This document shows positions 37,111 to 49,990 of a stretch of 64,000 bases of DNA, piece by piece. The position numbers were made by a program, and so were the translations under genes. Under the pieces are notes generated by a model that saw only the letters and a list, made by a program, of their open reading frames with translations, did not search any database and was not told the origin of the DNA. The stretch is from Leucoraja ocellata (lineage: Eukaryota), in the NCBI GenBank assembly GCA_036785375.1, contig JAWMAR010000048.1, positions 6,510,001-6,574,000 on the forward strand, given 5' to 3'. The stretch's first letter is position 1. The number at the start of each line of letters is the position of its first letter.

Positions 37111-40100
37111 GTCTTAGAATGAAGTAAAAAATACAAAATCAAGTTTTAAGTTTAAATATATTATTCACTACAACAAACCTCTTGCTAAACATGGACATGT
37201 ACTTCAAGAGCCCTCTTTCTTTGTGCTACCTAGGATCATATCTAATATACTGTAGAATACAGAATTCTCATTCAGCCATATCAGACTACATTATATGATA
37301 TAGGATTATACTTTGTAAAAGGTTGGGGTGTAAATTGACTTGTTTATTAATGTTATTGCAATTACATTTTTAAAGTGTAATTTTAAAGTGCGGTTTTTGA
37401 CTAAACTGCATTAGGAAATCCTAAAATTATTTTTTTGTCAAGAAGGTTTCCTGCTTGATTCTCCAGGTCATAATGGGAGAGTGAAAATCATTTAAAGATG
37501 AAAAACAAAAAAAAAGCATTTATGTGCAAATATTTAGAGCTTTTTACATTACAACTTTAGTGTAAGGAAACTGTTTAACACAATGTCATTATTGTACATT
37601 CCAGCACTTGATTTGTTTTTGTCTGTTAATCCTGATGAGTGCAGTAAAACGAAGAATAGTGTGATTAACAACTTCACATTTCAGTAAAGTACCTTAAACT
37701 GCATCATTGGATGCATTCCCACCAATAATTGCAGTGTTACTTTTGGCACTTTTTCTTTATGTGTCTTAAAATATACCTACCTGTTTCTTAAAGAAATTTC
37801 CTTTTATGCTTTCCATGGGAAAGCAAGAGGGCTGAAAGATGTCAGGAATCTGTAACTAACAATTCCAGCAACAGTGAAGAAGGGTCTCGACCCGAAACGT
37901 TACCCATTCCTTCTCTCTAGAGGTGCCTCCTGTCCTGCTGAGTTACTCCAGCTTTGTATTGTATTATACTACGATGTAACATTTATTTTTAAAAAGTGGA
38001 TTGGGTTATGAATAATCCAGTGAATGTGTCAGTCCACCAAGGTCCCAAGAATTCAAGAATACTGGAAGACAAGACTTCTGTAGTTGAAATAAGCCCATCA
38101 GAGAGATTGATTCCACACTTATGGAGCCCTTTAATTATTTTTCCAACAGCAATAAAAGATCTCTCCAAAATACTTCATGATAGAAGTTAGATGAATAATT
38201 ACCTAAATTGATAACATTGTTAATAAAGGAATATTTGTAATTTGAAGATCCATTAACAAGATAAAAGTGATCACGGTATCAATACTCAATGTTCAGAGTA
38301 TCACCAATAGGCTACTTTATTTTTTAATAATAGGCAAAGTTAACTGAATTAGGCAGATAATTTATTTTCTCATCTTTTTTTTCTTTTAGAATAGTTTATA
38401 ATTCCAATGGCATATGACGTGCAAGATGTAATTCTCACAGTGAGTAACATTACATGTGTTTTTAATTCAAAGCTATCTTGGTTCCAGGAAATGATATCTG
38501 AAAATCATGGGAATGTATGCTATATGTGTACATGGGATGTAAGTCGCTGTGGTGTTTCATAGGCTGGGCAAGTACTGCTGATGGTTCCTGGGACTTTATG
38601 AGGGTCCACAGTGTTAAATGGTGCAATTGCAATAAGAATTATCACAATTATCAACATAACAGGAAGGTTATAGTGTGGAAAGAGGCTACTCAGTCCAATG
38701 TGTCTGCACCAATATGTCTGATTTATTGAATTCTTGTTTATTATACATCTGAGTATCGTGTTTACAGTCCTGATATGCTGCTGCAAGTAAGAATTTAATT
38801 GTTCCATTGTCAGTACATTTGACTCTTGATCAGCTCAATTCGTGAGCAAATCAGATTACACTGGTTCAAGTTAAAACATGTACAATCAGTGACTGTTGCA
38901 AGCTTCTTGCAAATTCCAGTATCCCTCTTTGCATGGTGTTTTATTTATCATTTCTACTACTTAGTCAGTTCCTTCTTGAATGAAACGAGGGAATCTGCCA
39001 CTACTACAACCCTCAGCAAACATTTGCAGACCCTGCCCATACCCCAGGGGCACAATAAAGTAGAAATATCATCTCATATCACAATGAGTTGTTTTGCCAA
39101 TCACTTTCACTCCTCACCCTTTGGTCAATAGGAGCCTACTCCATCCGTTCAGCTGCTCTTTGTAATTTTAAGGTTTTTTTCAGATCCCCTATTGACCTTT
39201 TCAGTTCTAAAGAGAATGATTCCAACTTCTCCAGTCTATCCAGGCAACTAAAGCCCCTCATCCATGGAATAAAAATTGACTTGACAGGATGGTGAAGGAG
39301 GTGTTTGGCATGCTGATCTTCATCAGTCAGGGATTTGAGTCCAGAAGTTCAGATGTCATGTTATTGTAGACTCCAGTGCCTGCAAACTCTGACCATGCAG
39401 AAGCAAAGATCACAATGGCTGGTGAGATTAATCCGAACATAATGACACAGTGAGTGATCCTTCACTTTTATAAATCATTCCGAGGCAAGTTTGTCTTTGA
39501 CTGCCAGAATTGTCCCTTGTTAAACTGTTTTTTTTCTTTAGTTAGAAAATATACCGAGCACGTATCAACCTGAGATTATCTAAGATTAGTGCTATTTCAA
39601 GTTTTCATTGTTAAGGTTTTATAAATAAAATGTAAATACTCATACTCCCAACTATATATCGGCCCAAACAAGTCCAGTAGAAGGTCAACTTTGATTAGGG
39701 TTTGCAGAAGTAAAATTGGGTTTTCGGGAGTCTAACACTGAAGCTTCCCTGACCTTAGACACAAAATGCTGGAGTAACTCAGTGGGTCAGGCAGCATCTC
39801 TGGAGAGAAGAAACGGGTGACGTTTCGGGTTGAGACCCTTCTTCCCTGACCTTTTTCTCGTTGGATTTCTTGGGACCAGAAATCTCACGTTATAAATTTG
39901 AGATGATCTAGTGCCAGGAATACTAATGTTGTTGACTTCATTTCCCAGTGCCTAGTGATTTTCCCAATTGTGGTGCACAGTAAGGTCTCATTCTCCTGCG
40001 GTATCCATTAATACTGGAGGATTTTGTGTCCTATCCCCAAGGTCTCAAATAATTAAATGAAAACCTCAATCATGTTATGAATTAGTCTTGGACGTCACCA

Positions 40101-40249
40101 AAAACAACTATTTTTCCACTCATTCGTATCCTGAGAAACCTCGCTTCCTTTGTAACAATGGAGTATTGTATTTAGTTTAATATATTTGATCTAACTAAGA
40201 TAAAACCAGCAGCTCATTATTATTTTGAGTGGCATCAGTTTCATACCAA

Positions 40250-40720
40250 ATTAGTCATATGAAACAGAAACAGTACCTTCGGCTCAACTCACCCATGCCA
40301 ACCAAGATGCCCCTTCTACACTAATCTTGCCTGCCTGCATGAGGCCCATATCCCACAAAACCCTTCCTATCTATGTTCCTGTCCAAATGTATTTGAAATG
40401 TTGTTATTGTACCTGCCATGACCACCACCTCTGGCAGCTCATACCATATAACCATCATTCTTACTGTGGAAAAAGTCACCTCACAAGTTCCTATTAAATC
40501 CCCTCTCAGCTTAAACCTGTCGCCCTAGTTTTTGATTCCTCTACCCGGGTGAAATACATTATGCATCTACACAATCTATTTCCCTCTTACACACCTCTCT
40601 AAGATCACCCCTCAGCCTCCTGCACTCCAAGAAATAAAGTCCTAACCTGCCCAACCTCTCCCTGTAGCTCAGACCCTCAAGTCCTGCCAATGTCTTTGTA
40701 AATTTTCTCTGCAATTTCCA
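40250..40720 (-). mobile_element. CR1 LINE 3' fragment
   Basis: QRKFTKTLAGLEGLSYRERLGRLGLYFLECRRLRGDL in ORF 40559..40843. Confidence 0.8.
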
Positions 40721-40910
40721 CCTTAATAATTCTGGAATTGGGATAATTCGGATAGAGAAGGCAGGCACCAGCAGCATCCCTACTATATCCCCTGGACACC
40801 TGACAGCAATGGGCCTGGACTTTGAGTGGAAAAACCTTGACATGTTTTATTCAAGACGTGTTTTATAATTAATCCCACATTCCCATTGACAGTGAAATCA
40901 ATAGCCATTA

Positions 40911-41500
40911 ATAGACTATAGACAATAGATGCAGGAGTAGGCCATTCGCCCTTCGAGCCAACACTGCCATTCAATGTGATCATGGTTGATCATCCCCAAT
41001 CAGTACCCCGTTCCTGCCTTTTCCCCATATCCCCTGACTCCGCTTTCTTTAAGAGCCCTATCCAGCTCTCTCTTGAAAGCATCTAGAGAACATGCCTCCA
41101 CCGCACTCTGAGTCAGAGAATTCCACAGACTCACAACTCTCTGTGAGGAAAAAGTGTTTCCTCGTCTCTGTTCTAAATGGCTTATCCCTTATTCTTAAAC
41201 TGTGGCCCCTGGTTCTGGACTCCCCCAACATCGGGAACCTGTTTCCTGCCTCCAGCGTGTCGAAAACCCTTAACAATCTTATATGTTTCAATAAGATATC
41301 CTCTCATCCTTCTAAACTCCAGAGTGTACAAGCCCAGCTGCTTCATTCTCTCAGCATATGACAGTCCCACCATCCCGGGAATTATCCTTGTAAACCTACG
41401 CTGCACTCCCTCAATAGCAAGAATGTCCTTCCACAAGTTAGGGGACCAAAACTGCACACTCCAGGTGTGGTCTCACTAGGGCTCTGCACAACTGCAGAAA
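40911..41500 (-). mobile_element. Younger CR1 LINE 3' fragment
   Basis: QFWSPNLWKDILAIEGVQRRFTRIIPGM...RTRGHSLRIR; tail (ctattgt)n on minus strand. Confidence 0.9.
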
Positions 41501-42379
41501 GAAACTGATGTTATGGCCCATTTAATATCCAGGATGGCAAGTCATGGGAAACTCATGCCAATATTTCTATGAGAACCAAAATGTCACCGGGCCCACAGAT
41601 TTTATATTTGAGAAAAGGGTAACTATAGATTCCTACATCATTAGGAGGTCACTGATCCATCACGTTTGTGCCCACTCCCACAAATCGCTGTGCAATTAGC
41701 CATGATCCTCTTGCTTTTTTTCCCATAACCCTGCCAAATATCTTCTATCAAGTAAACATCCAGTTTCCTGTTAAAAAATATTACTTGATCTGCTTCCTTT
41801 TTAAACCGCATATGCCAGATTACAACAATATGCATCATACCAAAGCCCCATATTTCCTTGAAGATTTTATTTTGCTTATTGTATCTCAAAAGCAGTTTGC
41901 CAACTCATCTGCCAAAGGAGTTGTGTTTCCATATTCACGCTGTACATCAAACGCAGAACAGTGCAGCTCAGGAACACCATGTCTGAGCTGAACATGATGC
42001 CGTGTTAAAATAATCTCTGCCTGCAAATGATCCATATCCCTCCATTCACTGCATATCCACACATCTACTGTATCTAATAGCCTCTTAAATACCACTATGG
42101 TATCCTTAAATACCACTATGCTGCCTCCAACGTCACCGTGAGAGGGCATTCTGGACACCCACCACTCTGTGTTTAGAAGAATCTTGCCCCGCACATCACC
42201 CCACAGCTTATAATGTTAGACATTCAATTAATGCTATAATCAATGCAACTAATGCACAAAGGAATGCATTCAACTAAAAAATAATCATCAGATGATGCAT
42301 CACTGGCAAGGCCATCATTTATTGACACATGAACACCTCTCATCCTCCCATTCAGCACCTTTATGAGCATACCTCTCAT

Positions 42380-42700
42380 CCAATTTCCATTTCACAAGCC
42401 TTATTCAATATCTCAAACCTGCCACTTTGCCACCATCATCATGACTAAACACATTTCCCTCCTCTCCAGATTCCCATGGACCTACTTCCCTCCACAAACC
42501 TGTGATCCAATCATTCCCAACAACGCTGCTCTTCCAGTGATACCTGCCTGTGTGTGTGAGTGTAGGAGGTACAAGGCCTGTCCTTTCCTCTCTACACTTT
42601 GCAGAGCCCAAACACACAGCTCATGTGAGTGAAGATTGCTTGTAATTCTGTCAACTGTTCATGCATGGTCTTCTCTACTTTAGAAAGACCAAATGATCTC
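42380..42700 (+). mobile_element. Highly decayed Penelope-like fragment
   Basis: CECRRYKACPF and ggtcttctctactttagaaagaccaaa (GLLYIGETK-like) remnants. Confidence 0.4.
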
Positions 42701-43717
42701 ACAAGGAAGCTCATGAGTCATAGCAGTAGAATTAAGCCATTTGGCCCATCGAATCTGACCTATCTTTCTCAACAATTTTCAAGAGAATTTCCTTAATGGC
42801 ATTTTCTTCCTCTAAACCATCCTCACCTCATAATCCTTCTACTCTCCTCCTGGTCGGATGAAAGGTCTCTCCTGGAGAGTCACTGATTATGTTTCTGCTC
42901 TATATTAAACACCATTCTCGTGCTTTTAGCTATTCAATAAAATAATACGTGTTTTGGTTTCTGATGCTTTCATTTCAATTTGTGTAAATAATGCAGAGGT
43001 GGTTTTGTTACTATTTAAAAAAAACTATCAAGCAATGAGATGTCTCATCAAAATAAGCAATATTTTTGAATACATTTCAAAAGATTTGTTTATTTTCAAT
43101 AAATGAAAGGGTACTTTAGAGCTTTTAAGTCAAAGCAGATTTTTAAACCAGTCCAAACATTTGTAAAAATTGTTTTTTTGTATTTTAAATGAATGACTCT
43201 CTTCCTAGATTCCTGTTCTCTTTGAATTGAACCTTATTAGGAAACAAATTATTTTAATAATTTTACATTTAGGGAAGGAAGCTGAAAAACTAATATGAAT
43301 GACTGGCCAACATGCCAAGATGATCGAAGATAGACACAAAATGCTGGACACAAATGCAGCGGGTCGGGCGGCATTTTTGGAGAAAAGGAAGATGATCAAA
43401 ATGATCTTTTTTAACTGATCTAAATGGGTCAAGTCATGACACAAGATGTCGTCTCTGAAAGGGTCGCAAATGGGCAGAGAAACACAAGGAGCTGCAGATG
43501 CTGGAATCTTCACTCTGAAGATGTGTCCCGGACTGAAACATCGTCAGTCGATTCCCTCCAGAGATGCTGCCTGACCCATGCACTTTGTGTTTAGCAAATA
43601 GGAGGAACAGAATTATTGTTGACTGTGGTCCACGGATAAAGGAAAATAATTTTATAGATAAATTCCATATCTGTTATACTCACATACTTAACGCATAGGC
43701 CTCCTCTGTAGCTGGTT

Positions 43718-44752
43718 TTAAGTGTACGATAGACTCTCTGTGCACGGATGATGTCCAGAAGACGTTGATCTTTGGGACAAAACCCTGTGGCATTTCCTTT
43801 TGGAGAACTTTGCCTTTTGGTTCCTCAGATACTCTTTGTAATTTTTTGTCAGTAAGGTGTAGAGGAAAGGATTGATGCAGCTGTTGCAGTATGCCAGGCA
43901 AGTCACAAACAAATTAACGATGGCAACTGTGGTGGGAGAAATAGTTGCAGATTCAATGTAGAGATGAAACAATTGCCATACCCAAAAAGGCAAGTAACAG
44001 ATATCATATATTAGGACAATCCCAAAAATCATATAGAGGATTTTCAGCTTTGGTGCCTTTGTCACTTCCTTCCTGCTTTGGGATGTCCAGTAAGTACGAG
44101 CTAACTTTATGTATAAGAATCCAATTAATATCCCTGGAGTCAGTATACAAGTATTAAAAAGCACAGTCAGATAGATTCTGTAAGTATGTTTTGGCCATGT
44201 GGAGCCGCACATGCGTTTTATTGTCCCGTTCTTGGCAAATTCTCTGAGATCGGTCATTATCATCGTAGGAAGGGCAAGGAGAATGGAAACCAGCCATACC
44301 ACACTAATGATGACCCTCCTGTAGCCGTTGTTTTTCCTATACGTCGTCAGGGGTTTCACCACTGCTAAGTATCTCTCAATGCTCATGACAGTCAATATGA
44401 AGATGCTGGCGTGCATAGTCAGGAAGTCCAAGCTGAGCAGGAATCTACAGCCAAGTTCTCCAAAGTACCAGTCCTTCGCAAAGTAGGTGCACACCACAAA
44501 TGGGATGGTGGTGAGGTAGAGGAGGTCGGCCAAAGCCAAGTTTACTATGTAGGTGTACATGGAGCCAGTGAACCTCATGGACAAATTCATCACCACCAGG
44601 ACGTAGACATTGCCTATAACTCCCATCAAACACATGGCGCTCAGAATGGTCCCCAGCAATATTGTCATCAGTTTCTCATTCACTGGGGCTGAAGAGGAAA
44701 AGTTTCCAGTGGTGGACAAGTTACTCTGAGTGCCAACACCTGTCACCTCCAT
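43718..44752 (-). CDS. UTS2R: Urotensin-II receptor family GPCR, intronless CDS, 344 aa (subtype not assigned)
   Basis: Seven hydrophobic segments; NLALADLLYL, GCRFLLSLDFLTMHASIFILTVMSIERY, CYLPFWVWQL, YCNSCINPFLYTLLTKNY are urotensin-receptor signatures. First ATG at 44752 (the ORF track starts at a TTG), in-frame TAG upstream. Confidence 0.9.
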   Translation of the reverse strand: MEVTGVGTQSNLSTTGNFSSSAPVNEKLMTILLGTILSAMCLMGVIGNVYVLVVMNLSMRFTGSMYTYIVNLALADLLYLTTIPFVVCTYFAKDWYFGELGCRFLLSLDFLTMHASIFILTVMSIERYLAVVKPLTTYRKNNGYRRVIISVVWLVSILLALPTMIMTDLREFAKNGTIKRMCGSTWPKHTYRIYLTVLFNTCILTPGILIGFLYIKLARTYWTSQSRKEVTKAPKLKILYMIFGIVLIYDICYLPFWVWQLFHLYIESATISPTTVAIVNLFVTCLAYCNSCINPFLYTLLTKNYKEYLRNQKAKFSKRKCHRVLSQRSTSSGHHPCTESLSYT

Positions 44753-45469
44753 ATCCAAATGCCGTTCCTTCTAAACCAAACACTTTTGCATCAATTCACC
44801 TACAATATTGTCAACAAAGATTATTTCTACGCTGGCAAATCAGATCAATAATACTACCCAGATGATATATATTAATCAAGAGTGAGTCAGAGTTTTTTTA
44901 TTGTCATAGGTCCCAAACAGAACAATGTCATTCTCACTTGCAGTTTGCTCCATTTTAACATAATGTCCGCATTGTGTCTTCTGCTCAACGCGTCGTTAAT
45001 CAAATAAGAGGAGACACCAAAAACCGCAGATGCTGGAATCTTGAGCAAAGCGCTAAGTGCCGGAGTAACTCAGCGGGTCAGGCAGCATCTGTGGAGGGAA
45101 TGGACAGACAACATTCAGAGTTGAGATCTCTCTTTAAAAAAAAAAAAATCCCAACCAAAGAAGAGGTGGATTCGAACGAATAAATATACTTGTTCCAACA
45201 AATGATTTGGACTGTTGAAGATATTTCGACAGCGGTTTCTTCCGTCCACGGATGAGTTATAACACTGAAATGGCTCCCCTCTCGAATTCGACAAAGTGCG
45301 GACGTTGAATAACTTAAAGTTTTGAAGTGAACTCTCCGCTGCAGCGATGTATCGTTTCAAGAGCGACTGACGCCCGCAACTTGGTGTCAATTCCTCAGTG
45401 GTCTTTGAGTGCGGAAAGGCCGACGAGGTTAGATGCAAACTAGACGAGAAGCCTGGAGAATCAGATCCC

Positions 45470-45787
45470 TGTTCTTAGACACTGTCCTGGAAACAGCCCA
45501 TTTGACCCACCGAGGCCGCTCCGACCAACGATCACACACTAACGGCGCACTCACATTATCCAACACACTAGGGACAATTTACAATTTTATGAAAGCCAAA
45601 TTAGCCGACAACCCTGCACGTCTTTGGGGTGTGGGAGGAAACCGGAGCACCCGGAGAAATCCCACGCAGGTGACGGGGAGAACGCACAATCTCCGTGCAG
45701 AGACAGCACCCGAAGTTAGGATCGAACCCGGGTCTCTGGCGCTGAGTGTGAGGCAGCAACTCTACAACTGCACCACTGTGCCGCCCC
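45470..45787 (-). mobile_element. tRNA-derived V-SINE (HE1-like)
   Basis: Minus strand: A box ggcacagtggtgcagttgt, B box gggttcgatcct, V-domain gttctccccgtcacctgcgtggg...ccgggtgctccggtttcctcccacac. Confidence 0.85.
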
Positions 45788-46929
45788 TTTTTTTAAAAAA
45801 AGGAACAATGATAATGATCTTTCCGCAGGGTGCAGTTGGGTAGTTTGGCTCGGTGCCTTTGCCCAGATGTTACCCAATAACTAGTAGACGGGACACGTGT
45901 TTCAGATTCGATGTCGCTGGAGGCAGCAGCCGTGGGAAAGTGTCTGGGAGATTTATGTGTCTCCCGCCTCCGCTCACAGTCTTGGCACTGGCAGTCAGTC
46001 CTGTGTTCCACAGCTCCCACCGCCCGGCACTCACACCGTGAACACCTCGTGAAGGTACATAGACGGTAGACCCTTCATCTGAAGTTTAGCATCGTGTCTA
46101 ACTTGAAACCTCTATGGGTGGGGGGGTGGGGGGGGGGGGGGGGGGTGAGTCTTTCCTTTAACGGGGGCTCGCTGCACACCCGCGCTCTCCACTGTGGTCC
46201 CCGCGGCAATGGAAGGGTATTGTGGGCGTGGAGGTTGCAGCCGGGGCAATGTGCGAGTCTGGTAGGGGAGCGCTGAGATGTGGAGCTCGGGGCAGTTGGT
46301 AACATGTTTGCTTGTGAAACAATAATTGAACTCTAAGTGTAAACAAATAAAAGCCCCAATGTGTTTACTTACTTGATCCGTGAGCGAAGCAGGATGTGAA
46401 ATACTAGAGGTGCGGGGTCGCCGCGTTTGGCAATAACTGCACTGGTACTGATGCTGTTACTGGCAGGGGGGGAAACTGGATCTGATTAAGGGTCTCTATC
46501 CGAAACGTGACCTTTTCTCCAGGTCCAGATGCCACCGGACCCGCTGAGTTACTCCAGCATGTTGTGTTTATCTTCGGTGTTAACCTGCACCTGCAGTTCC
46601 TTCCTCCACACTGCAGTTGTCGGTATGGTTTTACATGGAAGTGCCGAATCTTCTCACATACCCACCGACATGCTTTAATCAAAATCACCAGGCCTTCCTG
46701 CTGGTGAATATTGTGTGTGTTACTTTTAATTTTTTAACTTTTTGATTCTGGTGGAAAGGTCAATTGACAAGATGAATTTTGAATGGCCACCTCCTATGTT
46801 GTTATACATTAAGATTTTTTAAGATAAATTAAGGTAAAGTAGGAAGGTAAAGTTCGCCTTGCCAGCGCCAAATTGGCAAACGATCACTTCTATTGTTATA
46901 TACACAACAATACTCCATTAAACATATGA

Positions 46930-47352
46930 CTTGTACACTCTGGAGTTTAGAAGGATGAGAGGGAATCTTATTGAAACATATAAGATTGTTAAGGGTTTGG
47001 ACACGCTAGAGGCAAGAAACATGTTCCCGGTGTTGGGGGAGTCCAGAACCAGGGGCCACAGTTTAAGAATAAGGTGTAAGCCATTTAGAACGGAGACAAG
47101 GAAACACTTTTTCTCACAGAGAGTTGTGAGTCTGTGGAATTATCTGCCTCAGAGGGCGGTGGAGGCAGGTTCTCGGGATAGTTTCAAGCGAGAGCTAGAT
47201 AAGGCTCTTAAAAATAGCGGAGTCAGGGGATATGGGGAGAAGGCAGGAACGGTGTATTGATTGGGGATGATCAGCCATGATCACATTGAATGGCGGTGCT
47301 GGCTCGAAGGGCCGAATGGCCTACTCCTGCATCTATTGTCTATTGTCTATTG
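46930..47352 (+). mobile_element. Young CR1 LINE 3' fragment
   Basis: ORF 46931..47260 YTLEFRRMRGNLIETYKI...RTRGHSLRIR...FFSQRVVSLWN; tail (ctattgt)n; same family as 40911-41500 and 56427-56640. Confidence 0.9.
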
Positions 47353-49679
47353 ACTTAATTCTTTCGTTACACGCAATAAATAGATATTAAAACAATAAGC
47401 CCGACACCAATATTAACACCAACATATTTTTGGTTTTGAGAAGAAGATGCAACAGGTGGTGAATCTGTGGAATTCTTAGCTGCAGACGGCTGTGGAGGCC
47501 AAATGGATACTTTTAAGGCAGAGATAGATGGATTCTTGATTAATACGGGTGCCAGGGGTTGTGGGGAGAAGTCAGGAGAAATGGGGTAAGAAATGAAAGA
47601 TGATCAGCCACGATTGAATGGCGGAGTAAACTTGATGGGTCGAAAGGCCTAATTCTGCCCCTATCAGTTATGAACGTAAGAAATTAAAAAAGATCACCAA
47701 GTAGTTCACAAATTCAGAATTCCTGCGCAAAAGGCAGAAGAATGGTTAACGATGCAGTGATATTGCAATAGGAATTCCCCCTCTGCTGGGAGACATTATA
47801 TGTGTGATGCACGCGGACCTCTTCTTTGTAACTTGGATTCTCTGCCCTCGCGCATTGCTACATCGGCTGGTGAAGTACAAGTAGTTTTGATATAACTCGA
47901 TGGTTTCATTCCAAGAAACCTTGCGTTATAGAAAATCGCATCATAAAAAAAACAAGTGTCAACAACGAGCAAAAGTTGGTTGGGTGCTATAGAGTTTCAG
48001 ACTTGCAGCAACAAAATTATTTTTCCTGCATGAGTTTATAAAAAAATTAAGGTCATTTTAGCAGTTATTTTTTTTTGTTACTGAAAGTTAAATATACAAA
48101 AGGCTGCGTGGTACATTCTCTAATGGAGTATCAATGCACAAGTGTCAATAGAGGTGATCACGGGTCAATGGAGGCCAGCGGTGAAACTGACAAACTGTTC
48201 TTAAGAGGCAATGTTAGCTGATAACTGCAGGGGGGGGGGGTATAAGACAGCTTGTTTTCTGCTTGTCAACCTGCAAAGTATCTCTTAAGTGGTTTAGTTC
48301 CCTAATTCAGCAACTGGACTATTTAGTTTAGTTTATTTATTGTTATCTATATCGAGGTATAGTGAAAAGCTTGGCCTGCATGCTATCCGGTCAAATCCAG
48401 ACACAAAAAGCTGGAGTAACAGGGGGGCAGGCAGCATCTATGGAGAAAAGGAATGGGTGAGGTTTCGGGTCGAGACGTCTGAAGAAGCGTCACCCATGCC
48501 TTCTCTCCAGAAATGCTGCCTCTTAGTTACTCCAGCATTTTGTGTCTGGCTATGAGTACAATATATTACTCTTCTGGAACAGCAGTCAGAGAGTCGCCAC
48601 ATGTGGGTGCTTAATTTGCAACTTTAATGTCTCTCAAAAGTCTGATCTTGGAAAAGCACGTTGTGAGCAAGAACCTGTTGCATAAGGAAAGCCCCGTTGT
48701 GTTAATTACAAGGGGACACCATGTAGAAAATGGGTCTGCAGGATAGGACACTTGGACAACTGGAGAAGAGACTGATTGATGCAGAGATCCAGGGTTTGGA
48801 TGCTGAACATGTTTCTGTGCAGTACAATGGATCTGTGCTGGACATTGCTTCATCATCAGCACTTTGAACAGGGCTGTGGCTTGGACAACTGGAGGGAAAA
48901 GATCATTGGTTTTTTAAACGGAAAACTATATTTTGTCGTAATTAACATTGACAACGAAGTGGAAAGTATTTCTCCATGGATGAAGAAAGAGAAACTATGT
49001 GAGTGGTGACGAGTATTATTGGTTAGAACGTAGAACATAGAGTAGTATAGCACAGGAACACAATGTGCCGAACATAATGTCAAGCTCAACTAATCTCTTC
49101 TGCCTGCTTGTGATCCATGTCCCGCCATAGCCTGTATATCCATGTGCCTCTTAAATGCCACTATTGTATGCTTCCAGCACACTGCACCAAACCAAACTAA
49201 ACTAAACTAAACTAATCTATCCCCCTAGCAGCGCATTCTATGCATCCCCACTCTCCTTTTCAAAATAAACTTGCCCCACATGTTTCCTTTACACTTCCTT
49301 ACCTTAAAGCTTTCTAGATCACTCTCTGCTGGAGATATTCTTGCTCATAAATTCATAAGTTATAGGAGCAGAATTCGGCCATTACTCCACCAAGTCTACT
49401 CCGCCATTCAACAATGGCTGGTCTACCTTTCCCTCTCAACCTCATTCTCCTGCCTTCTCTCCATAACCCTTTACAGCGTTCCTAATCAAGAATCTATCAA
49501 TCTCCACTTTAGAAATATCACTGACTTGGCCTCCACAGCCTACTGTGGCATGAGTTCCACAACTTGGGGTGAGGGGTACCGAGGAGGACAAGTGGAAGTG
49601 AGACGGGGAGGGAGGTGTTCCTTAAAATGGGAGAATTCAAAAATGTTGGACTGTCTGAAGAAGAGGGAGGTGAACAAAT

Positions 49680-49990
49680 GAATGAATAGGTTTATTGGCC
49701 AAGTATTCACATACAAGGAATTTGCCTTGGTGTTCCGCCCGCAAGTGACAACGACACACGTGACAGTTAGGAATGACACATAAAACATTATACATTAATA
49801 ATAAAACATTATTGATTAAACATATGAATTAAATAAAATACCAGAGCAAAAGAAGGCTACAGATTTTTGGTTATTGACTCGTGGATAAAAACTGTTTTTA
49901 TGTCTGGCTGTGGCAACTTTGACAGTCCGGAGTCGCCTTCCAGAGGGAAGTGATTCAAAGAGTTTGTGGCCAGGGTGAGAAGGGTGAGTT
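49680..49990 (-). mobile_element. Rex/Babar-type LINE 3' end
   Basis: HPSHPGHKLFESLPSGRRLRTVKVATARHKNSFYPR in ORF 49816..50022; (attc)n tail. Confidence 0.78.

Noticed and set aside
43718-44758. MCH or somatostatin receptor assignment, and the TTG-initiated N-terminal extension
   Set aside because: LDFLTMHAS/ERY and LPFWxWQL are urotensin-receptor motifs; the first ATG is at 44752.
45700-45787. tRNA gene
   Set aside because: A and B boxes continue into a V-domain and LINE-derived tail; it is a SINE head, not a cloverleaf gene.
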